64,000 bases of DNA, from positions 1,178,001 to 1,242,000 of the forward strand of contig CDLV01000014.1 of NCBI GenBank assembly GCA_001244265.2, given 5' to 3'. The DNA comes from Microbotryum violaceum (taxonomy: Eukaryota). Below, one piece after another: positions 25,805-35,600 of this stretch. The position numbers were made by a program, and so were the translations under genes. Within the stretch, counting starts at the first letter, position 1; each line of letters opens with the position of its first letter. Below the pieces are notes generated by a model. It was not told where the DNA came from and did no database searches. It worked only from the letters and a program-made list of their open reading frames with translations.

Positions 25805-27079
25805 CACCGCGGCAACGTGCATTCTGCCGCACTTCGACGGATAGTCGAGACGATGGGAATGGACAGGTATCGACAGTTTGTGGGGAACGAGGGGAACCTT
25901 CGCTTCAGCAATTCAGGGGCAAATATCCGGGAGAAGACGTTGCACGAGCAAGCGACAACTGCGATCATCACCGAGGGACGATTTCACGTTAGTCGCTGAT
26001 TCGTGATGTAACATGACCCAAGCTGGGGCGTGCCTTTTCCTGCGCTGACGTTTGACTCCGACGCCACAGGACAAAATGAAAGGACGACAAGAGGTCTATG
26101 GTCGGATCATGTCGAACCACGTACTCGTCCGAGCTGTTGATGGTGATGTGTCTGCACTCCATCCTCTCAAGGTGGACACACTGGTCGTGTATGGAATCCC
26201 AGAAGAACCTACGGGTTTGCCTTCGGGTGAACAATGCAGGGAACGACTAGCAATCGGGATAGGTATGCCAAACTACTACTTGTGTGGGAAAACTTCACAT
26301 GACTGACTAGCACTGCGCATTTTACTTGTCACCTTCCCTGCAGTGAGGAACATTTACAAGAAGTCCAGCACAACTTACGAAAGTGTTGAAAGTGTTGACT
26401 CTCTTGCTCTTGTCGCAAATGCCGTGATACAAGAGCTACGTGTCATCGCTCCGGGAGTTTACTCCAACCTGTCTTATTGGGGCAACGCGCGCATTCGTCA
26501 AGTCGATGGGCGAGTATCATAAATTCGCTCGAACCGGACTTGTCAAGCATCAACTACGAGGTCAAGGACTCCACACGATCGAACTGGTGTGATGAACGGG
26601 AAATTCACATCACCGTCAATCAAGAAAAACGGTACAGGCTTTTGCAGAACATCAAAGGAATTCGAACAGCATCCCTTGCTTGTCTAGCACCAGGAGGCCG
26701 TTCACAGACGAAGACGAAGCGCGTTAACAATGATGAAGAATGAAGGTCAACCTGGCTCATGGTCGTATGCGGTAAGCTTTGTCAGAGCTTGGCCCATCAA
26801 GCGCGGCGGTGGATCGCGGCGGGGCGGGTGTGGAGCGGAGCGCTGGCGGCGCTCTTGGTGTGCGCGCACGCGGTGAAAACGCAGTCTGCGCGCAGCGCAA
26901 AAACAATTCTGAGCATTGTAGAGCTTGTAGAGTAGTTGTCAAAAATTATTCAACACTAGGCGGCCCTCATATTTGACATTTTCAGTCAAAATCTGGAAAA
27001 AAAATTGGACATTTTGCCTCGAAAAAGGCCGTTTTTAGAGGGCCGCCTATGGCTGGGCTTTCGGGGGTCCTTACGATAG

Positions 27080-29142
27080 TGTACCGCGGGAAAATGGGGA
27101 GACCATGAACCCGTTGGGCGCCCCGCTCATCTCCTCTCCTCTTCGTCCCGCTCCGATCAACAGGATCAGCTCCCCGCGCGTAATGACAACAATCAACCGA
27201 CCTTGGCATTGCGACCCGTATAAGCGTCCGCCGTACAGCTTTGTAGAACGGACAGCGTGGTCAGCGCGATGGGCCGATGGCCGAACCGACGCTGAGCTCG
27301 CCCCACCGCCACCTCTTCCTGCGCAGAGGCAAGTGCGCAGGCCTCGAATCGAGCTCAAACGACTCAAGCCCCACGTTCCCATCCGCGACTACCTCGGCCC
27401 CAGATGGCCGTGTGTATCCACTTCAAGACTCGACACTGGGAGTGCAAAGGACGAACCGGACACTTGAGCACGTGCTGCTCGCAGGGTAAGGTGCAGCTAC
27501 CTCCCCCTCCCAGCCTGATCCCAAGTATCAAAATCTACTTGAAGGATAGCGGTCAGTTGCTCCGTCCAACAACATCCGTCTACAGTAGACCCGCATGCTG
27601 AACTGTGCAACCCACCTACACAGGAGCTCAAGCATTCCGCGAAAACGCCCGGTCGCACAACAACGCGCCGTCTTTCACTTCGACCAGACACGACTGGGCA
27701 CTCTAGGACTCCCCGTGTTTCGCGTGTTCGGTCGCCGCTATCATCGACTTGGCGCCCTGATCCCTGCCGTGAATCAACGCCCAGCCTTTGCCCAAATATG
27801 GCTCATCGACCTGGCCGAAGCCACTGACACTCGACTGGGACACGACGGCGCAGACAGTCGCATACAAAGATCTACTTTGACCAAGCTCGAGTCCATGTTG
27901 CGTACCAAGAATCACTTTGTGAGGGAGTTCGCATCGGCCAAAGCCCGCGCAGGTTGGGACACGGCCAAAGAGTGGATCCTGCGCCTCTGCCTCCCGCCAG
28001 GCCGGGACCGACGCACCCACAACCTTCCTACGTCAAGCACGGAAATGGCGATGCTTATCTGCGATTCCGACACCAACACGGGAGATCGTGGACCGCAAGA
28101 CCTCATTCTCCAGGTGCACGGTGATCGATCTCCCGATGGTTGGCTCAAGTACCAAGTCGTTAGCTCGCTCCATCCGTCCGCGATGCCTCTCCGTTACCCA
28201 CTACTTTTTCCTGCAGGGGAAGATGGCTTCCACCCCAACATTTCTCTTTGCGGGGTTCGCTAAGCTGGGGCCAGAAACCGAGAGCAGATTGGCAAAGGTG
28301 CCCAATCGCGGGAGGTACTTGCCGGTCTCGGTCTTGCTGACGAAGGCGAAGAGGAGGACGAAGACTGTGACGATGAGGATGAAGACGGCGGGGGACGAAA
28401 AGAATGGTGATGGTGAACGTACGCGTCTTCGGCTCTTTCTCGGATGCTCCATTCTGTTCAAGGCGCAAGCACAGACTGACATTGAACTTTTGAACACCTA
28501 GGACGAAGGTCAAGTAAAGAGGTCGAGGTGGTGAGTCTCGCGCTCACAATTCTTTGCGCACTAATTGCCAAACGCGACGAGTACTTCTCAATCCCGCATT
28601 GCACCCAGCGTCCCTTCCTGGAGTTTGTGATTTACGGATATACTACCAAGTCGAGACCGATTGACTCAACACATCCGGTTGCATCAAGAGAACCTACGCC
28701 TCACCACGACCCAAGGCATCAACGGCTTGACCCCAAACCCAATTGGACGTTTGATGACTTTGGGCTCGACGTTCGAGAATAGACCGTGCGACATCACGCA
28801 GCGATACCAGGATGCGATGGCGTGCGTTGTCAAACATGGAAAGCCTCCGCTGCTCATCACGATGACGTACGACCCCGAAGCACCGGAAATCAAGGCTGCA
28901 CTGGGGCTGAATGACAAAGCATGCACCCGTCCGGATCTCATTGCACAAGTGTTTGAAGCCAAATCCGGCAACAAGCGACATGCAGGCTGTTTCGGCGATG
29001 AATGTAGGATGAATGGATTTGTTTCTTTGCTGTACTTCGTATTGTGTTTTCTTAATCTCTGCGCTGAGATCATGTAGACTGTTCGATTATCCTGCTTTTT
29101 TTTGAATTTGATCCTCCCGTTAATTTAACGGGTTCCCACTGG
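27080..29142 (+). mobile_element. Helitron, non-autonomous deletion derivative, copy 2 (5' part probably continues left of 19283)
   Basis: Zn-finger remnant CIH...HWEC...TCCSQGKVQLP, PAFAQIW, AMPLRYPLLFPAGEDGFH, RYQDAMA...HGKPPLLITMT...RPDLIAQVF. 3' hairpin CCCGTTAA-T-TTAACGGG (29116-29132) and CTGG|T. No helicase domain. Confidence 0.88.
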
Positions 29143-29509
29143 TTAAGTATCACAAAATGTGGATGAACACGCAAAGCTGGCTTTCTGTTCACGGTTTTCT
29201 GATTCTCTTGTTGATAAGTGCTGGGAAGACGAATTATTGCTTGGTCAAGCGGGAGAATGGATTGAAGCCGATCGTTGTGCTAATCAGTGTCGTCAATGTC
29301 GTCCGAAATCTCCACCTCCGCTGGGTACGACTGCCATGACGTCTTCGACTTTTACCTTCTCAGCTGAACTAGCGAGCTTGCCAGCGATCGTTTGCAGAGC
29401 CTCCTCTTAGTCGAAAGTAGTAAGTCTGTGTCTCTTCGTTGGTGGCGAATTTCGTACTCGCAAGCTCCTCCTCAGCCGTGGGGAGGTCCGACTCCATGCT
29501 GCCACTTGA

Positions 29510-31530
29510 AGGGCGTGTTCGGCTGGAAAAGCACTTTTAGGACCTTTTCACTTTTAGCTGAAAGCGGCGCGCGCCGCGGTTAAGGTCCACTTTTAGCAGC
29601 CGAACACCTCACGTTTAGGAACCACTTTTAAGGGGCGAACGGCCGGGAGCGATCTGACGGGTGAGAGAGCTCACCGGACGAGTTCAGGTCACGTGTTTGA
29701 ACCCGGCAGAGATGCGTGTCTTGCTTCTGCAATGCGCATCGCTGCATGAAGACATCTCGAAGTCATGGATACACTCACCCAGGATCTCTCCGACGATCAG
29801 ATAGATACTGCCGTCGCAGCGGGAATATACATACGGCAGAAGTATATTGAAAAGCGTCTGCAGCAACGCCGTCTCCTGGACGAAACGGCCAAACGAAGAC
29901 GAAATCTGCCCTTGCCTTAGCATATTTCGGTCCGAACCGGCCTCATCTTCGTTATGGAGCTTTTCAACAACAAGAATCCTGTTCCTAAGAGTAATGCTCT
30001 TGGCATGACACCGGCCTGCTTTTCCATCTTCGTGAAAAAAGTGCTTCTTCACACCGAGATCATCCCCTCGAAGCACGTGACCGTCGAGGAGAAACTCGCT
30101 ATGCTGCTTTACTGGCTGCCGGGCGCCGAGTCTTAGTGCAAAATCGACGAGGTGTTTCAAAGGTCATTGGATCCCATCGCTCGGTTAGTAGTTCCTGCTC
30201 TCATGTCCTACTTCATGACAGAACAGGTCCGCAGCTTTCCTCCTGACTCCAAGCCTGAGCGCTAGCACTCATGCACCTTCCTATTTGCGTCGCAGTCATT
30301 TGCCAGAAAAACTTGGATTACTTGTGCACAGCCACCTCAGAAAGATGTACATTGTTTAGCCCACGGCAGACACGCCCACATCGAGCGTTAACACCGACAA
30401 ACCTCGGTTTGCACGATACTTCGGCGATTCCATCGGCGCCATCGACGGAACGCACGCCCCCTGTACTCAGCGGCCAACGATGCCAAACGATCGATCGATC
30501 AAAAAGGAGACAAGACACAAGACACACTCGCGGCTATGACTTTCGATCTTCGCTTCTGCTATCTTCAGACCGGCTGCGAAGGTTCTGGTCACGATCAGCA
30601 AGCGTGGGATTGGGCCCGCCGACGGGACCTCCTCATCCCCGAAAGCAAATACTAGAGTACTAGGATCTTGGTGATGCAGGCTTTGCAACCAGCGAGGAGT
30701 GCATGGCACCGTACAGAAACGTTCGGTACTACCTCAAAGAATGGCTACCGGGTAAAAAAAGGTAAGTCACTGGTGTAGGACATGGGTTTTGTACCTTGTA
30801 CACTCGCGATGCCAACGGTCCGACCATGGACAAAGGTACGGGAGCGTGCTCCATGAGCCAGAGAGCTTTCACTTGGCGTCGGCTACAGGTCTCTTTGCGC
30901 TCGGGGTGTTGCTTCACCATCGCAGCAACAATAATGTTCCAGGCTGGAAGCTTCAGAGGAAGCTCGGGCGACAGCATGTTGTTGCCATAGAGATGGACCA
31001 AAAAGGTGGTCTGCGCAACGGACCAGTTCTCCGCTCGCGTCCCGGCCCCTCTCGACTTGCTTTTGCTCTTGCCCTTGCCTGTGTTGCTTTTGTTCTTTTT
31101 GCGCAAAGTGTTCGAGTGAGCGGAGTGCTCAGATTCGTTCTTGCTGTCGTCGTCGCTTGCTGAGTGTGATATGGTGGATTTCTTGGGCATGGTGGACAGC
31201 GCACTGCACGACGTGACACGACGAAGGCGGACCGACGCGTCCGTGAGCCAATGCTGCCACCGAGGCGGCCTGAGCGGTCCGAGCGCGTCCCAGCAACCTG
31301 CCAGCCTAAGGGGGTCGAAGCTCGGAGTGCGTCCCTAAAAGTGCTAAAAGTGCCCTCGGACCACTTTTAAGGAATGGTCCCTAAAAGTCACTTTTAGGGA
31401 TTTTTAGCGACGCAACCGTACACGTCACTTTTAGGCACTTTTAAGCACTTTTAGGGAGGCTTTCAGAATGGCTGAGGATATCCCTAAAAGCGGTCTTAAA
31501 AGTGCTTAAAAGTGCAGCCGAACACACACT
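29510..31530. mobile_element. PIF/Harbinger transposon, internally deleted
   Basis: TIRs AGGGCGTGTTCGGCTG / CAGCCGAACACACACT and subterminal CACTTTTA/TAAAAGTG arrays. On +, DDE remnants VTVEEKLAMLLY, IGAIDGTH, GCEGSGHD, LGDAGF, APYRNVRYYLKEW. A convergent Myb/SANT-like ORF lies on -. Confidence 0.88.
30729..31190 (-). pseudogene. Myb/SANT-like DNA-binding ORF of the Harbinger element (truncated)
   Basis: NWSVAQTTFLVHLY...AWNIIVAAM...QVKALW trihelix pattern inside the Harbinger TIRs. Confidence 0.7.
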
Positions 31531-32088
31531 TAGCAAAGACTATCGATTATAGTCGTTCGTCGAGGTGTGAGAGTGCGAGTGTGCGACGAAAGAAGAGAGA
31601 ACGGCGCGGGTAGATTGCGAAGTTCCAACATGTCGCATTGCACCTCCTTTCTCTGTGCGGTTACATGAAGCACCCTCTGCAGTGGCAGCAAAAACGTCTG
31701 AAGGGGTGCCAAATTGGCCCGTCGGCAAGCCGTGCCGCCTCACCCGCGGTCAGCGGTTACTAGGCCAAGCTATGGGGCACAAATATGGGGGATTGGGCCG
31801 ATTACAATTGGAAATTTGATGACCTTGCTAGGGAGCACGAGCCTTCTTAGTGGAAACTACAACTTCCAGCGCAACAGGAGTCTGTACCAGACACATAAAA
31901 AGTTAAGCTATCTAAGAAAACCCCCGGGGCCTTATCTATCTATCTAAGATATTTGGCCCCTAGATAAGATGTCATCTTAGCGAGATATGCTAAGATAGAT
32001 ATCTTGTCACACCCGCCCTGCTCAGCTGTCGCGACCGCTCAAGCTCTCGAGCGAGGCACTTGAAGCGGACGGCGCTGCAGTGATAAAT

Positions 32089-32540
32089 GGAACCGCCGAA
32101 CAGGGATCGTCGAGCGGTGTTGGTCGGAAAAGGCGCTTGTACATACATTCCAACTTGAAATGTTGACTATAGTGACTTAGCCCACTCACCGCGTTTGAAG
32201 AGGATTTTGTATTGGGTACTCGAGCAGTCACATGCGCTTTGAGAGCAAAACTCACTTGGGACTGGTAAAGGGAACCGCCGAGTGGTGTTGGTTGGAAAAG
32301 GCGCTTGCACACACATCCACACTTTGCGAATCGACCCCGTCCGAGGGCAAGAGATGTGTTGAATATATTGACTTAGTCCCTTTACTGAGTTTGAAGAGGT
32401 TTGTGTATTGGGTTCTCGAGCAGTGACGCGCTTTGAGAGCAAAACTCACTCGAGACTGGTCAAGGGAACCGCCTAGTAATCCCAGTGATGTTGGAGTGAC
32501 GTTGGTTGGAAAGGCGCTTGCACATACATTCAAATTTTGC
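32089..32540. repeat. Diverged ~185-195 bp tandem repeat, about 2.3 units, downstream of the KDZ gene
   Basis: Units begin GGAACCGCC near 32089, 32272 and 32465 and share AAGGCGCTTG.ACA.ACAT; the first two also share CGCTTTGAGAGCAAAACTCACT. Confidence 0.8.
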
Positions 32541-32654
32541 GATGCACACATACAAAGTGCGCGGGTATAAATAGGATTATTAACATCGTTGCATCATTGA
32601 TCTTTCAAAGGTATGATACTACAATGGGCTGTTTCTATAATCTTGAGCGGCAGG

Positions 32655-35600
32655 TTAGTTGTCCTCAGAGCCGGAGTCCGACATGTCATTGTCGGCTTCG
32701 TTCGACGAATCGTCGCCGTGGCCCTCGTCCGAAGAGCTGTCAGAAATGTACAACATACGTTTCTCCTGCTCGAAAAGCTGCAGTGTGAGATCACGCAGTT
32801 TTTTTGCGCCGGGTACGCTCACATCGCCATCCAGCTGGTCCGTGATGCGGTGCACGAGTAGACGGTCGTTCTCGTGGATCCGCGATAACGGGTTCGGCAC
32901 CTGGGAAACGGGCGAGGTGTCTGTGAGAGAGGTGGAATGCACAGACGCGGCCTCGCTCGCGCCGTCCCAGGTTACTGACGCCGTCCTAGAGGTATTGCTA
33001 GCGTCCCGCAGCAGGCGCGCTGCGAATGTAGCCAGCGCTGCCGGCCAAGGCTACGCTTAAGCTTAGTTAATTAACTAACTACGCCAACGCAATTAGTTAA
33101 CTAACTATCCCAACTATTGAGGCATAGTTGATAGCTAGTTATTTCGGGCTCGGAGGATATCATAGTTAACTATTGTAACTATGGCAACTATAGGGGTCGC
33201 CGAGGACTGCCGGGGAAAGGAGCATTGGCCGAGATGGCGATTTCTTGACGACGCCTTGGACCGCCTACGATGCGGAACGCGCCTTTTCCGCTGGGCGCCG
33301 TACCATTAATCAACTGCAACACGCCACTTCCGGATCCCTCATGAATGCTAAGACGTACGTTTGCAGCTGGGCCGGCGCTGTTGCTGAGAATGACGCTGCT
33401 CGTAAGAAAATTGGTTGCAGTGATCGAGTTACGCTGATATCTACTCGTGAGTTTTTTCGGATGTCCTACCGCACCTTCTGGTCTCATTACTGACTCCAAC
33501 TCTGCATACATATCTACAGCTATCGTCAGATTGTCATACAGCGCGCAGCCCTCAAAGGTCGTGCCCGCCAAGACGCGCGCCACAGGAACTAGTAGAGAAA
33601 CAATTCACCTCGATGATGATGATGAGGTGTAAGTCTGTCATGTAGAATCTTGTTCAAATGACAGATTACTGTTGTCAACGGTTGTTTCAAGAGTAGGTCC
33701 ACCGCTCGAGTTCACTATACTATTACACTATCATAAGAGGATAGTTTGAGAGCATGGCATCGAGCGGCTCTCACAAGTCGGTGGCAGAGCCAGAGGATCA
33801 AGAGGTTCAATACAGCCACACAATTGCTGCATACTGCTGAGCCGTATGGGGTAATTGCGTTTGGTAAGCCCTCAACGACGCTCGGCGTGCGTCATTATTA
33901 GGGGCCATTTTGATAGTTTTTCATAGTTAACTATCCCAACTATAGTTAGTTAACTAACTATTGGGTCATAGTTGATAGTTAGATAGTTATGGCTGGAAGG
34001 TGGGATTTTACACATAGTTAACTAAACTAACTATGGAGCAATTAAGCTTAAGCGTAGCCTTGCTGCCGGCATTGGCTCGTGATCACCGGCTGGTCCTCTT
34101 GTTTCGTTCCAGAGTACGAGGAGCGAGCTGTCACGAAACCAGGCACGCTTGAGTTTCCGAAGATTCTCCATCCGAGCAGCCAGAATGTTCAGGGCACGGT
34201 CTCGAACCGTTGCGCAGTCAGACCCGCCGATTGCAGTCCTGAGACGGTGCTGTTCAGTGTTCATCCTCATCATAGATAGTTGGAGCGGATTCTGTTTGTT
34301 TCGAGCCAGAGTGCATCAATGACTGAAGTACTGAAGGAGTGCCGATCTACGAACTCACCCAAGGCACTTGACCAGAGTGCTTGGTGATTGGATATGAGAT
34401 CCTGCTCGTCCTCGACCCAAGCTAGAGCCTGTCGCACCTCGGCGCCAAGCCGAGCGAACTCTTCATCGGCTCGATCAAGGTTCCGCACAGCGACGATCCC
34501 GCGCTTGACTAACACATCGGTAGCCCATGCCGCTTCAGCGTGTGTGAAGAATCCATCATGCCAGAACGAATCCGTCTCTTCAAGCTCGATGACCGAATGC
34601 CCGCTACTGGCTATCGGGAAATTGCTGAGGAGGTGCGAGGGGGACGTTCCACCTGCAGTTTGGAAGGCGTTTACCGCCGTGTTGTACGCCTTTCGCGCTT
34701 TTTCAACGCCAGAAAGAGTCTTAAGTTCAACTTTGCGAGCTTTGCTCGCGCTTCTCTGACCAAGTGTCGATCCCCCTCTGCCGCGACGCGTTGATAGTAG
34801 TTTCTCACGACTCGTCTTGTAGGCGATTACTTCGCAATGTAATTTGCGCAACGCAACAGAGCACTGGCACAGATGACGCAGGTCTTTAATTGCAACCAAG
34901 CTCGTTAGCGCAAGGCTAAAAAGTGATTACTGAACCAGATCTGGTCCGACTTACCTTTAGGGGAGAGACCAGGCCCACTTTGAACCTCGATGAATGCTGC
35001 TAGATAGATGTCCCTTGCTAGACGACCTTGCTTGTCTTTCAGTCCTTCGAGTAAATCTAGATCAGAGTCTTCCTCGTCACTGCACAGCAGGTATAAGTCA
35101 CTGCATATTGAAAACGAGGTCAATCATGCTTCGTCAAGTACCTACATTCTGCGTTCAATCCTGTAGTATTCCTCGACAAGCTGGTAAAGCTTGTTCGCTT
35201 TCAAGCGATCTTCCTCAGCTCCCTGCGTTGCCGTCTTCGACGCTTCTACCGTTCGCTGTTCTTGCCAAGCGGCGCGGCGCGGAATGCCTCCTCCGACCAA
35301 TTGGCATCTTCGGAGGTAACGCTGCTGAGTTCTGCCTGGGCAGCATGCCTTCGAGCCTCGGCTGAGCGAAACCGACGGGTGAGCCAAGAACCTAGATTGG
35401 ATACAGAGAGTCAGCGCAGTCAGGATGCGGCGAGCGCGGACGACTGACCCAACCGTGCGACGTTCGCCTCGTTCACTGCCTGCGTGCGGACCGTCAGGTT
35501 GACGAGGCGGTGGGATTTATCTGATTGACGGTTGATGGGGATGAGGGAGCGCAACGCGCTCCACAGTCGTTCACACCCTTCTCCATCAGTCAACCCAAGT

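Larger units (their letters stand above)
19640..26743 (+). pseudogene. Multi-exon Ulp1/C48-like peptidase + Zn finger + P-type DDE transposase (inactivated)
   Basis: Protease: FVPICQKEHWYLV (H ~21330), ANS, QGDSHSCG (C ~21516). Zn finger: CDAC...H...C. Transposase: LHVDD (~23361), ISADG (~23773), RDEKHVAKNCRN (~23950), TEMVEHFFG (~24504). Disabled by two inserts, a TGA at 24118-24120 and frameshifts. Confidence 0.85.
19284..27071 (+). mobile_element. P-element-like DNA transposon with Ulp1-like protease-transposase gene, copy A (7788 bp including two nested inserts)
   Basis: 32-bp TIR AGGACCCCCGAAAGCCCAGCCA(G/T)AGGCGGCCC with one mismatch. 8-bp TSD TACGATAG at 19276-19283 and 27072-27079. 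Confidence 0.92.

Noticed and set aside
19284-27071. Classification of the Ulp1-bearing elements as Zisupton (also 8-bp TSD plus Ulp1) or Kolobok (purine-purine termini)
   Set aside because: They lack the KDZ motifs (CxH, YDxxC, GExxE) seen in the real KDZ gene at 32655-37665 and lack a TTAA TSD. DxxHxxKxxRN and EHFFG fit P-type transposases.
18430-32020. A single 13.6-kb hAT-like element bounded by CAGGG...CCCTG
   Set aside because: Only 5 bp of terminal complementarity and non-matching flanks (GACCACTG vs CTCAGCTG). Kept only as low-confidence end-like repeats.
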